Shown piece after piece: positions 20,791 to 32,525 of a DNA stretch of 33,000 nucleotides; position 1 is the first letter of the stretch, and the number at the start of each line of letters is the position of its first letter. Position numbers and translations under genes: made by a program. Below the pieces are notes generated by a model. It saw only the letters and a list, made by a program, of their open reading frames with translations. It was not told where the DNA came from and did no database searches. Source of the stretch: Octopus sinensis (Eukaryota); NCBI RefSeq assembly GCF_006345805.1, contig NC_043002.1, forward strand, positions 118,575,001-118,608,000, in the 5' to 3' direction.

Positions 20791-21805
20791 AAACAAATAG
20801 AAAATAACTGATAAACCAGAAGTGACAATCTATTCATTATAAGCCCACGCGAAACGATATTCAGAATTCAGTGAGCGACACTGGAACACCCTCCGAATAA
20901 CTTAGCAAGATTGATAAATATTTCACACTTTACTTGCTTAAATACTGTTCTTTCCCCTTGGACTGTATTAATAACATTATCATTGAACACCTGCATAAGA
21001 GATAGAATGCGACATTGCTAGACTTTTTCAGTCTCTCTTACTAAAGATTATATAAGGCGGAAGCGTGGCATATCATGTAATTTCAACTGTAGCAACTGAC
21101 TATTATTTACCATTTTGGCCAGAATGTTTTTTTTGTAATTTTATGACAGAGTTGGCTCCCTTTGTGCTAATAATACTACATGTATTTTGTCACTTTCCAA
21201 TTTATTCAATGACTACTTGAAAATGCCGGGAGTTTGTTGAATATAATAAATTATTTGAAATGTCTACTTGGTTCTTGTTTTGTGTTCCCTTCTACTGACA
21301 TATAATATATTATTTAAAACTAATATATTAAGGTAATTTCCGCAGCTCGTTAAGTCATACTTTGTGTTTATAATGATAATGTGATTGGTTTCAAAGTTTT
21401 GTATTATATTTATGAATGTAAAGTGAACTTCATGTGGCAGTTTGCTACTATATTTTGTCTGGTTAATAAGTACAATATTCACTACATTCTTTCTTAGATT
21501 AAATATTTTAAACATCATGTAATTTTTCCGAAGTATCTTCTTTTGGAAATATTGCAGTAATATTGTAACCGCAGTTTCAATAAATAGTTACCGTTACATT
21601 GAATTAATGTTCTCTCTTATTCGATGAAATAAATAATGTAATAGGATCGTGAAAACAAACTTCTCAAGCACATCGTTCAGAAATATGCATACTAATTAAC
21701 ATAATTTTTACTCAAGAATAGTTAACTGATATTTTTATGAAGCTGCTTGGCATCCCGATTGGAAGATATGTCAGAAACGGATTGTATCTGATTGAATGCT
21801 CATGT

Positions 21806-22000
21806 TCTTGCTTCAGTCATTTGACTGCGGTCACGCTGGATCACCGCCTTTAGTTGACCCCGGGACTTATTCTTTGTAAGCCTAGTCTCTTTTGCTGAAT
21901 CGCTAAGTTACGGGGACGTAAACACATCAACATCGGTTGTCAAGTGATGGTAGGAGGACAAACAATAGGACAAAGAAATACATACATGTATGTGTGTGTG
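21806..22000 (-). mobile_element. SINE family A, 3' half only, diverged
   Basis: Matches the family A 3' region (TTCAGTCATTTGACTGCGG...CGGTTGTCAAG) with deletions. Confidence 0.8.
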
Positions 22001-22001
22001 T

Positions 22002-22263
22002 GGAGGCGCAATGGCCCAATGGTTAGAGCAGCGGACTCGTGGTCGTAGGATCGCGGTTTCGGGCGTTGTGTTTATTGACCGGAAACACCTAAAGCTCTAC
22101 GAGGGTCCGGCTGGTGGTGGTGGCGATCTTTCTCTCACTCTTTCTTCTGTTGGACTGCTCGCTTAGCTAGCGGGGTGGCGTCATTTGAAACAATGCGAAG
22201 CGCATTGTGACCAGCGATGTGTAGCAACATCTGATAGCCTGGTCGGTCACGGAGAACACGATG
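22002..22263 (+). mobile_element. tRNA-derived SINE, family D
   Basis: tRNA-like head GGAGGCGCAATGGCCCAATGGTTAGAGCAGCGGACT...GGTTTCG. Sits next to the TG tract of the preceding SINE. Only one copy in the window. Confidence 0.6.
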
Positions 22264-22315
22264 ATATATATAGAAGCATGCTGAAACTTGATAAGGAAGT
22301 TTAGCTGTCTTTCAG

Positions 22316-22735
22316 TCTTTACTCTTTTTACTCTTTTACTTGTTTCAGTCATTTGAATGAGGCCATGCTGGAGCACCGCCTTTTAATCGAGCAACTCGAC
22401 CCCGGGACTTATTCTTTTGTAAGCCCAGTACTTATTCTATCGGTCTCTTTTGCCGAACCGCTAAGTAACGGGGACATAAACACACCAGCATCGGTTGTCA
22501 AGCACTGCTAGGGGGACAAACACAGACACACAAACACACACACTCATACATATATATATATATACATATATACCACAGGCTTCTTTCAGTTTCCGTCTAC
22601 CAAATCCACTCACAAGGCTTTGGTCGGCCCGAGGCTATAGTAGAAGACACTTGCCCAAGGTGCCACACAGTGGGACTGAACCCGGAACCATGTGGTCTGT
22701 AAACAAGCTACTTACCACACAGCCACTCCTGCGCC
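22316..22735 (-). mobile_element. SINE family A, full length
   Basis: Near-identical to the reverse complement of 23290-23707 and 26529-26951. Confidence 0.93.
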
Positions 22736-22746
22736 TATATTATCTT

Positions 22747-22789
<43 letters not shown>

Positions 22790-22955
22790 TATATATTATA
22801 TATATATATATATATAAAAAATGAATAAAAAATGGAGTTAACAAGATACATCTTACTTGTGAGATCTTTGCTGCCCTGGTAACTATTTATTTATTTTTCC
22901 GTGTAATTGTTAACAAGGTAAAATGCACTCATCTATTTATATATATATATATTAT

Positions 22956-23010
<55 letters not shown>

Positions 23011-23171
23011 CGGGTTTCTTTCTGTTTCTGTCCATCAAATCCCACTCACAAGATTTTGGTCGGCCCGAGTTTATAGAGGAAGACATTTGCTCAAGGTGCC
23101 GCGTAGTGGGACTGAACCCGGAACCATGTGGCTGGGAAGCAAGCTACTTACCACACAGCCACTCCCACACC
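23011..23171 (-). mobile_element. SINE family A, 5' half ending in (TA)n
   Basis: tRNA/CORE-like half only; runs into the TA tract at 22936-23010. Confidence 0.85.
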
Positions 23172-23289
23172 TATCGCAACACTTTTAAATATCTTGTTTT
23201 GTACATAATATAATATGATCTCACTTTACATCATAGTTCCTCTTCAATTATTACGAAGTTATATGTTTTTAAAAAAATAAATGCTGATA

Positions 23290-23707
23290 GGCGCAGGAGT
23301 GGCTGTGTGGTAAGTAGCTTGCTAACCAACCACATTGTACCGGGTTCAGTCTCACTGCGTGGCACCTTGGGCAAGTGTCTTCTGCTATAGCCCCGGGCCG
23401 ACCAATGCCTTGTGAGTGGATTTGGTAGACGGAAACTGAAAAGAAGCCTGTCGTATATATGTATATATATATATATGTGTGTGTGTATGTTTGTGTGTCT
23501 GTGTTTGTCCCCCTAGCATTGCTTGACAACCGATGCTGATGTGTTTACGTCCCCGTCACTTAGCGGTTCGGCAAAAGAGACCGATAGAATAAGTACTAGG
23601 CTTACAAAGAATAAGTCCCGGGGTCGATTTGCTCGACCAAAGGCGGTGCTCCAGCATGGCCGCAGTCAAATGACTGAAACAAGTAAAAGAGTAAAGAGTA
23701 AAGAGAG
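23290..23707 (+). mobile_element. SINE family A, full length
   Basis: GGCGCAGGAGTGGCTGTGTGGTAAG head, B-box-like GGGTTCAGTC, CCTTGGGCAAGTGTCTT, internal (TA)n(TG)n, (GAGTAAA)n tail. Confidence 0.93.
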
Positions 23708-24249
23708 TATAATTTAAGGTTAAATTATATATATATATATATATAATATCATTATTACTTCATCCAGCTTTAGCTTCTGTATCTCTTCTATTTTAAAAGC
23801 TTAATAGTCGAGCATTTTATTATTTCACGTAAATTGTTAGCACAAATGCAACCAATGTCCCTGAAGAAATGCAATACACACACATTTGATATTAGTAAGG
23901 TGTTGATAACTATTCAGTAACTGCTGTAGCATTGGAAAAATAGCATGCATAGCATTGTCAACAGCTGGTAGAATTGTGAATCTGCTAAACAGTATGTTCA
24001 TCCTACTTCAGAAGAAAAGGTTACAGCACCCAACAGCCAATAGCTACATAAAACAATTATATTACTGATTAAAGAGGCTTGATAATTGCAAATATGAAGG
24101 TTCGTTATGCGTCAATATGTGGTTGAAATTCAATAGAGCATGTTAAAGTGTAAAGACGCATAGTAAAGTTGACATAATTAACTGAGCTGAAGAATATGAA
24201 ATATAAGATCAAATACCGTCAGTTTTAATTCAATATTTTTGGGAATGTT

Positions 24250-24497
24250 CAGCGGCGAGCTGGCAGAAACTGGGGTCGATGTAATCGACTTAATCCGTTT
24301 GTCCCCTCTGTGTGTAGCCTCTTGTGGGCAGTAAAGAAATAGGTATTTCATCTGTCTTTACGTTCTGAGTTCAAATGCTTTTCATCCTTTCGGAGTCGAT
24401 AAATTAAGTATCAGTTGCGTACTGAAGTCGATCTAATCGACTGTCCCCCTCCCCCAAAATTTAGGGCCTTGTGCCTAGAGTAGAAAAGAATAATTTA
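24250..24497 (+). mobile_element. Composite/rearranged SINE family B
   Basis: The B head is interrupted by a second GGGGTCGATGTAATCGACTT-containing 3' segment. 9 bp TSD GGGAATGTT (24241-24249, 24498-24506). Confidence 0.78.
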
Positions 24498-25264
24498 GGG
24501 AATGTTGTGTTCTGACGAAACTATGTACAATTAAACTTTTTATGTGAAAGCATACAAATATCTGCTTGAAGCAGACTTAGATTCTGCTTCAGTAAACATT
24601 TCACTCTTTCCATTGGAACATTTTATCTTAAAAAGGCGTGTTATGTTCAGTGAGCACAGTCTCTACTATTCCCATCAGTCTGTAGTCAGGTAGAGTGAAT
24701 TAAATGGAATTATGATTTTCCTAGGGACCAGTTATCTATCGGTTGTTTTATTACTAATGCAAAATTTATCACACTGCAATTATTTGAACATCATACTCAC
24801 CTTTGAAACAATTATACATTTTTACCCCTAGAACTTAATATTGGCTTGAAATAATGATTAATAAAATCAGCCCTGAGATGGTTTGGTGACAGCCCTACGA
24901 ACAAAATTAAAAACGAAAATAACAAAATGAAATACGATATACATGTTTTGCAGAATGATCGTGTTTGAGATATTCTTTATCATAAGTATTTAACTGATCC
25001 AATTTTCTTTAATTGTTGCATAAATATTAATTATTCAGTTTTTTGATCATGTTTGTTTCCCAACAAATATCTGATTATTATGCTTCTTTGTTTTACAGTT
25101 TCTATTGTTTAAAATTCATCTCAAACAATTCAAATTCTTGATGTGCTTGCAACCACATCATCAAACATACTGGCAAATACAGGGCTTTTACTCTACAACC
25201 GAATACACTAGTCAAGTATGAGAAAGATCTATATTTTCTAGGAGACAATATTTGACCCTTAATA

Positions 25265-26419
25265 TTGGGTTGAGGAATAATTCATGAGCGTTTTTTCAAA
25301 CTTATTTTAAACATAAAGAAAACTACAATAAATTAATCAATAATATACTCTTCGTTGTTGTTTACGACTTCCTCCCATCGTTCAATAAGTTTTTCAGTGC
25401 CTCGGCGATAGAAATCTCCCGGTCTTGACTCAAAGAATTCGTACAACCAAACCCTCAATTCCACGTCATTATTGAACGATACACCGCGCAAAGCATTCAA
25501 AAGCGGTTGAAAGAGCTGAAAATCTGGAAAGTATGGAGGATGAGGCAGCACTTCCCGTTCGTGTTCTTGAATTGTGGTTTTGGTCATATTAGAGATGTGA
25601 GGATGGGCGGTGTCGTGTTGCGGAAGAACGCCATTTCACCAATTCGGTTTTTTTGCTGAATTGCTTCGTTGAGTCAGTGCAATTGTTGAAGGTAGAGCTC
25701 CGCATTGAGAGTTTGGTTGCGCTCAAGCAGTTCGTAATGAATTATGCCTTCCCAGTCCCACCATACACACAACATGGTCTTTCGACGATGAAGGTCTTGT
25801 TTTGCTCGCGGAGTCACTTGTTTGTCGGGGTTGAGCCATTCTTTTCGCGTAAAAGCACCATTTTCATTGCCAGGGACAATGCGGTAAAGAAAACGCTGTT
25901 TGAGACCATGTGTTGAGCGATTGTAGAGCGTTGATTTTTTTTATTTTCGCTCAAAGTGGTTGGCACTCAAGCGCCGAGTTTCTGAACCTTCCCCATTGAG
26001 TGAAGGTGGTTCACTACAATTTTTTTTTATCACAATCCATTTACTTCGCCAATTCTCTGGTTGACCGGTGTGTGATCCGTCCTTGAGGTAAACATTCCCA
26101 TTTTTGAAGTGCGAAAACCAACGGAGGGTGGAACTTTGAGGCATTGCTCCTTCTCCATGCACAGCACAAATCTCACGAGCAGCTTCGGTGGCCTTAACAC
26201 TTCGATTAAATAGAAAAAGCAAATGGTGTCGAAAATAAATACCCAGTTTTGTCTATTTGACATTCTATTTTTATGATCTGAAAATACACAAAAATCAAAA
26301 AAAAAAAAAAAAATACACTATGTTGTAGAGCAAAAAACATCTTGTGAATGCGCTTATTTCTGCGTGCATTTTTAAATTTGAAAGAAAGAAAAACGGTCGC
26401 GAATTATTCTTCAACCTAA
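25265..26419 (-). mobile_element. Mariner transposon with transposase pseudogene
   Basis: TA-flanked imperfect TIRs TTGGGTTGAGGAATAATTCATGAGCG / CGGTCGCGAATTATTCTTCAACCTAA. Translation includes KATEAAREICAVHG, KLGA*VP (WVPHEL-like), KTMLCVWWDWEGIIHYELL, HDTAHPH, HPPYFPD|FQLF (LAPSD with the third catalytic D deleted) and ERWEEVVNNNEEYIID*. Confidence 0.94.
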
Positions 26420-26528
26420 TACAAGCACTCTTAGACCAACAAACAAGTTTCTAAAATCAGCAGCGAGTATGAAGGGACAACAGCGGTAGCTTTTATATTT
26501 TGTCAAATATTAGTTTCTCAAATATATA

Positions 26529-26684
26529 GGTGCAGGAGTGGCTGTGTGGTAAGTAGCTTGTTTACCAACCACATGGTTCCGGGTTCAGTCCCACTGCGTT
26601 GCATGTTGGGCAAGTGTCTTCTACTATAGCCTCGGGCTATTGTAAGTGGATTTGGTAGACGGAAACTGAAAGAAGCCCGTCGTA

Positions 26685-26736
<52 letters not shown>

Positions 26737-26951
26737 GCATGTATGTTTGTGTGTCTGTGTTTGTCCCCCTAGCATTGCTTGACAACCGATGCTGGTGTGT
26801 TTATGTCCCCGTCACTTAGCGGTTCGACAAAAGAGACCGATAGAATAAGTACTAGGCTTACAAAGAATAAGTCCCGAGGTCGAGTTGCTCGATTAAAGGC
26901 GGTGCTCCAGCATGGCTGCAGTCATTTGAATGACTGAAACAAGTAAAAGAG
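26529..26951 (+). mobile_element. SINE family A, full length (small internal deletion)
   Basis: As for the other family A copies. Confidence 0.92.
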
Positions 26952-27404
26952 TATATTACTCCTCTTAAGAAAGGCATCATAAGAGAGGTAAGAATAATTT
27001 TAATGGAAGAAACAACATAGCACTCACAACAAAAGCAGAAATAGCCGCAAATGAACAGTTACCATCAGGTGCAGGAGAAATTTGAATAAAGTGAGTAAGG
27101 CTGGGCTAAGGTGGCAAATGAAGATACAGTCCCTGCAAAGATATACGACTTTAGCATAGAGCCACGAATAATGGAACGCTATTAAGAGATGCTTGAAGAA
27201 ATATATATTTTGTCTCGGGAAACAAATTTCCTCTTCTGTTCATTATGTGTAAAAACTCACAAAGCTCAACGTGACGTCAACAGTGAATAGGATGCTTCGG
27301 CGAGGTTTTTCACTTTCTCAGTGAAAGACATTGCATCGGTCACTTGAATCTAGATATGAACATTTGTATCCATGTAGAAAACAGCAATCAAAATATATTT
27401 ATTG

Positions 27405-27446
<42 letters not shown>

Positions 27447-28128
27447 GCAAAGTTGGAAACACTGCAATTATTGCTCACAGCAGCATGGGTCGGAATAATG
27501 GCTTGTGCATTTATTTTAAACATGTATTTTTATTTTCCAGTGTACTCGAAGCCGCATAGAATTCGCTGCGAGATTTTGATTCCGAGAGCACATACAGAAT
27601 TTGCTTTCTTTCTAAAACGTACAAACATCAAGTAACGCAATGGGACAACCGGATCCGGTGTTTCGGAGTGATTTCACATCACTGGAAAGCAAATTTTCCC
27701 TATGTGCATTTTGCATTAAAAAACACAAATCAAGCTCGATATGATATTAGTGGTGAACAAAACCCGGTATTTCGGCAAGATGTCCCCTCCTTAGTCATAC
27801 ATACTAAGTCATATAGCTAGATAGGAAATTGTGTTCCTATATAGGAAACAGCAAACAAAATGTTTGCTGGTGTGTATCAAGGCTTGTCAAGCTGAAATAA
27901 TGATATAATAAGCACGCGGAGCTGAGCGGATCAATAGAATGATGAGTGCATTTATTTTTAACGCGTTCCAGCACACTAGTACATGTGTGACATTTTGTCT
28001 CGGCGAATTTCTTCAGCATACAATGCAAAGCGTACCAAAACGTGGTACGTACATTTTTAATAAGTTCCTGCACATTTGAACCTGAACGGCAAACGCTGCG
28101 AAATTTTGTTTTGTATCCGCACGCACGC

Positions 28129-28131
28129 AAG

Positions 28132-28193
<62 letters not shown>

Positions 28194-28219
28194 ACACACA
28201 CACACACACACATGCACGT

Positions 28220-28251
<32 letters not shown>

Positions 28252-28270
28252 ACACATACACACACACGCA

Positions 28271-28328
<58 letters not shown>

Positions 28329-28340
28329 CACGTACACACA
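28129..28340. repeat. (CA)n-rich microsatellite
   Basis: Directly visible. Source of the spurious ORFs at 27837-28424. Confidence 0.96.
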
Positions 28341-29791
28341 CCAGTCATATTTATGTGGGGTTCTCTTGCGTGCAGAATGGTCTTAATACTGAAAAATATA
28401 AATGATATTTTTCAGTGTTTTTGACTCAAGATCGTGTGGAGAATGGATTTAGTTACATTAGAATAGAATGCAATATCAAACTGTGCAAAGATTCAATGTT
28501 GTTGATATCTCAAAGTTATTCTGTTAAGAATGCTTGCGCTATCCTAACGGTAAAGAACAACTTTTCTTGTAATTATCATGGAATCAATGATGTACTTGGT
28601 AAGTATACTTATCTTGATTAACTTCCATTTGTCTTGATTGTCTTTAAGTGTAATATATGGTTCACGTGAAGCTAAATATTCATGATTCTCATAATCTATT
28701 TTGAGGCTCGTGACAGCGTGCTTGTGTTCAAGACTTGCAGATTTACGTATGTTAATCATGTGTATGTATTTTAAGTAAATTCAATATAGTATTTATTCCG
28801 AATACCTAAGATTCCATATTATGAAATCTTGAGATTACACCCTCCCCCACATACATGAATATATTTGAATCATCATAAAAATAATTACTGCTGTTTGGAA
28901 TGCATTTAATACGTACGTTTCAACTGGATATTGTGCAGATCCTGTGTCTTCAGTTGTAACATTCAAATACCGCGTTTTGATTGTAGCAATTGAAGGCAGT
29001 GGAATCTGCGTAACAGCTTGCTATGTAACCACTCGAAACGTACTACTGGATTCGTTCGAAATATCAACAAAAGTTTTTTGTGATTATTCAAATATTACGT
29101 GTCTCATGTTCATGAATGCATCTTGCCTATCCTTACCCAAATAATACGTTTGCGGGAGTGGAATGTTGATCTAGACAACGGGATCAAAATATCTGGGAAA
29201 ATAGGTAAATTATACTGCATCACAGCATACTACTGAGTACATACATATGTACACGCATACAACATGCAAACGTACATACATACTTACATACATATATACA
29301 TGCATGCCTACATACATACATACATACATACATACATACATACATACATACATACATACATACATACAAGCATAGATTATATCAAATTTCATGCCATTTT
29401 AAGTTGCACCAGAATTTAGAAACTGCCCCAAAATATCATCAAGGTATCATCTCCCTATGCGATACAATGTCGCTAAAACATGCAATGCGATTCGAAAAGA
29501 AAACTGTCCTGGAATAAATATAAAGAACCCACTGTTATTGAATGCATACATAAACATCAGCACAAAGAATATTGGTGGAACATTTCCATCAAAATATCTG
29601 AGAAATGTAAATATAACAGATCGGATATTTTTAGGGACAGACAAGGAAAGGTAAGTACCGTCATAAAGGTCAGCTGGCCGGTTAATGTGAATACCTCTTC
29701 GAAAATAAAAGAGAAAGAGGATAACTGTGGACAACTATTTCGAAACCTCCAGCTTTTATATCCAGATTATAGATTCATATTTATACTAATA

Positions 29792-30395
29792 CAGTAGAAC
29801 CACCTCACAGTACGAGTGCACCATTGTAAGAGTAATTTGTTGCATGAGCCGAGGCTCGTAGGAAATTTTGTCTTGAAGTACGAGCGAGTTTCATACAAGC
29901 GAGTGCCAGTCGGCGCTGGGCTCGTACACGCTTCCCAACAAGCGTAGTCTCCGCTGGCTCAATCTGCGTGTTTATCTCGTTGTGACAGCATCCCTGTTGT
30001 GCTTTACCCAGTGTTTTGTGCATTTGTTGCTACTATTTTACGATCGAAGTACGTCGAGGATCTGCACCATCTTGAAGAAAAAGGCTGTTATAACAGTAAA
30101 GGGTGTCTCCAGGCTCTAAGCAACGCACATCTGTCCACGAAAGGATGGAAAAATTGCTTCTCCTGAAGCAACTCGCTGGGGATACGATTGCTGAGACCAG
30201 CATCTGAGAAAAAGCACGAGCGCTGTATGGGTTTCTCCTGAAGCAGAACCCTGGAACATCGACGGAGGAGACATCAACAGACACATTTATGGCCAGTCGT
30301 GGCTGGTTTAATAATTTCAAGAAGAGGACTGGTGTTCATAGCGTCGTTAGGTATGGAGAGATAGCGAGTTCTGACACGAATGTAGCCGACAATCT
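29792..30395 (+). mobile_element. Tigger/pogo-family transposon 5' fragment (CENP-B-like HTH)
   Basis: TA|CAGTAGAACC left end. Translation ERMEKLLLLKQLAGDTIAETSI*EKARALY...FMASRGWFNNFKKRTGVHSVVRYGEIASSD is typical of TIGD/Tigger. No DDE domain or right TIR. Confidence 0.88.
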
Positions 30396-30495
30396 GGATA
30401 AGCTAGAGTTTTCAGAAAAAAATCAACCGCCTTTTTCGCACATTACGATTACAGTCTGCAAGTGGAATAGTAAAAATATACAAGGCTTTTCTCAA

Positions 30496-30498
<3 letters not shown>

Positions 30499-30549
<51 letters not shown>

Positions 30550-30690
30550 CCTCAGTATAACTATATCTGTCCGTCTATGTATGTATGTATGTATGTATGT
30601 ATGTATGTATGTATGTATGTATGTATGTATGTATGTATGTATGTATGTATGTATGTATCTACCTGTCTGTCTGCCTGTCTGTCTGTCTAA
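30499..30690. repeat. (TA)n, (TATG)n and (TCTG)n microsatellites
   Basis: Directly visible. Confidence 0.95.
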
Positions 30691-32291
30691 AGCCTTGAAT
30701 TGTTTTATTGTTCAATTTCCCTATATGTAAGAGCCGGGTGATACTATATTTTGAGACTTCTGCAATAATAGTTTCTTTTATAAACTATTCAAATAGTATA
30801 TTTAAATATTATGATAAAATAATTACAATATCAAGTACATTACTATTGTTCAGAAACCAGACTACTTTATTAGTAGGATTACTGGACTATATTAATTATC
30901 TTTGTTATCACCATATATGTCTAAAACGTGTTTACTTTTCTCTTTGTGTCAATTTGATTTAGGTTCCACATCAATGAATCAACGATTGTTAGTTCTGTTA
31001 TGTTATTCTTTTGACAAACGTTCACCAATCTTTTATCTTTATCGTACACGCTTCCCAACAAGCGTAGTCTCCGCTTGCTCAATCTGCGTGTTTTTAAAAA
31101 GTATTTTAAAAAGTAGGGTTCGCGACATCACCTTACTAGCTGGGAGCTCTTCCATCTTCATATCAGGGAGTTAGAAACCGTAACATACTCGACTGTTTTG
31201 ATAAAGCTAGTGGGATCCTACCTTCCCAGCCACTGATTTGGAAACCGTTGTTCTCTAAGTTATAATTGAGGTTAGTCTTAAGGCTCAGAAACAGTTATTC
31301 TTGAATAGAAAGTCGCTCAATAATGTATTCAACAGCAAGGACATACTTCAGTCAAGAAATTTGTGTCATAGAACAGTATTTACTTGGTTTATCGAAACCA
31401 GGTGAAAAGCAATGGGTATAATAGAGAGTGGTACAAACAGATGAATAATAAAACAAATGTCCATGCCACTTACCACTGGCGGAGAAACTGCAGCTCATTT
31501 GCCAGTCGTTCAAATAAATAAATAACTGAGCCATTCCATTTTGTTATTTATTAAAGGGTTCTCATAGTTATAGAATCCATCAATATTAATGAAGACAATG
31601 TTCTCTCTTATTCAGTGGAGAGTATTCATCGATCTACTACAGCTATGCTTCTACTAGAAATGAAAACATTTGCATAGTTTAATTCTATCTTGGGAATTAT
31701 GTTTAAAAACAGTAGTCTTTCGGTATTGATTTGAATGTCAAAGCAGAGACAAATATCTTCATTTCACTCTAAACATTATGACACAGGCTATTCTTTTTGC
31801 GGAGAAAAAGTAATAGCTGTAGAAAACAGGACGGAATGCCTTTAACGCGATATTGATCAATGTCTACTTCGACCTAATAAATCTTTGACAGTTATACAGA
31901 AAGGTAGAAGAGGAAGGCCTTAGGCAGTCATAAAATAACATAAAGCGTGTAAGATATTTTAAAGTAGCATGAATTAAGAATACCATAGTTAGCTAGAGGA
32001 ATCCTGGTACGATTTTGCAAATAGTGCTTTTAAACAAGTAGCACTTGTTGATTAAAAAAAAAAAAAATCAAACAAAAATTATATCTAAACATCAAATAAG
32101 ATTTTTATTTGGATCTCATTGAATATTTCTTAAATGCATGTACAAAGTATCATATCTTTTACGTGATGGTAAATGAGATAGTGTCATGTTCAATTATCTC
32201 TCAAACAAGTTGTATCAGCGAAGTGATATCGAGTCGGCAATTTAAACACAAATACTGTTATTCGGGAGATTTATAAAAGAATGTTAAGATA

Positions 32292-32453
32292 GGCGCAAAA
32301 GTGGCTGTGTGGTAAGTAGCTTGCTTACCAACCACATAGTTCCGGGTTCAGTCCCACTGCGTGGCACCTTGGGCAAGTGTCTTCTACTATAGCTTCGGGC
32401 CGACCAAAGCCTTGTGAGTGGATTTGGTAGACGGAAACTTAAAGAAGACCGTC

Positions 32454-32454
<1 letters not shown>
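32292..32454 (+). mobile_element. SINE family A, 5' half ending in (TA)n
   Basis: Head through AAGAAGACCGTCG, then (TA)n at 32455-32525. Confidence 0.9.

Positions 32455-32525
<71 letters not shown>

Noticed and set aside
27640-27790. GGGACA...TGTCCC inverted ends with internal CCGGT(G/A)TTTCGG repeats
   Set aside because: The inverted match is only 6 bp and there is no TSD; insufficient to call a MITE.
27790-27820. Hairpin CTTAGT/ACTAAG followed by CTAG as a Helitron end
   Set aside because: The stem is AT-rich and CTAG is followed by A rather than T.
29401-29520. LCDTMSLKH resembling the P-element/THAP9 FDEMSIK motif
   Set aside because: A single weak motif with no continuing similarity.
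24800-31470. Isolated strong minus-strand donors (AAAG|GTGAGT at ~24800, TG|GTAAGT at ~31470)
   Set aside because: Upstream acceptors are weak and no consistent multi-exon reading frame could be assembled.
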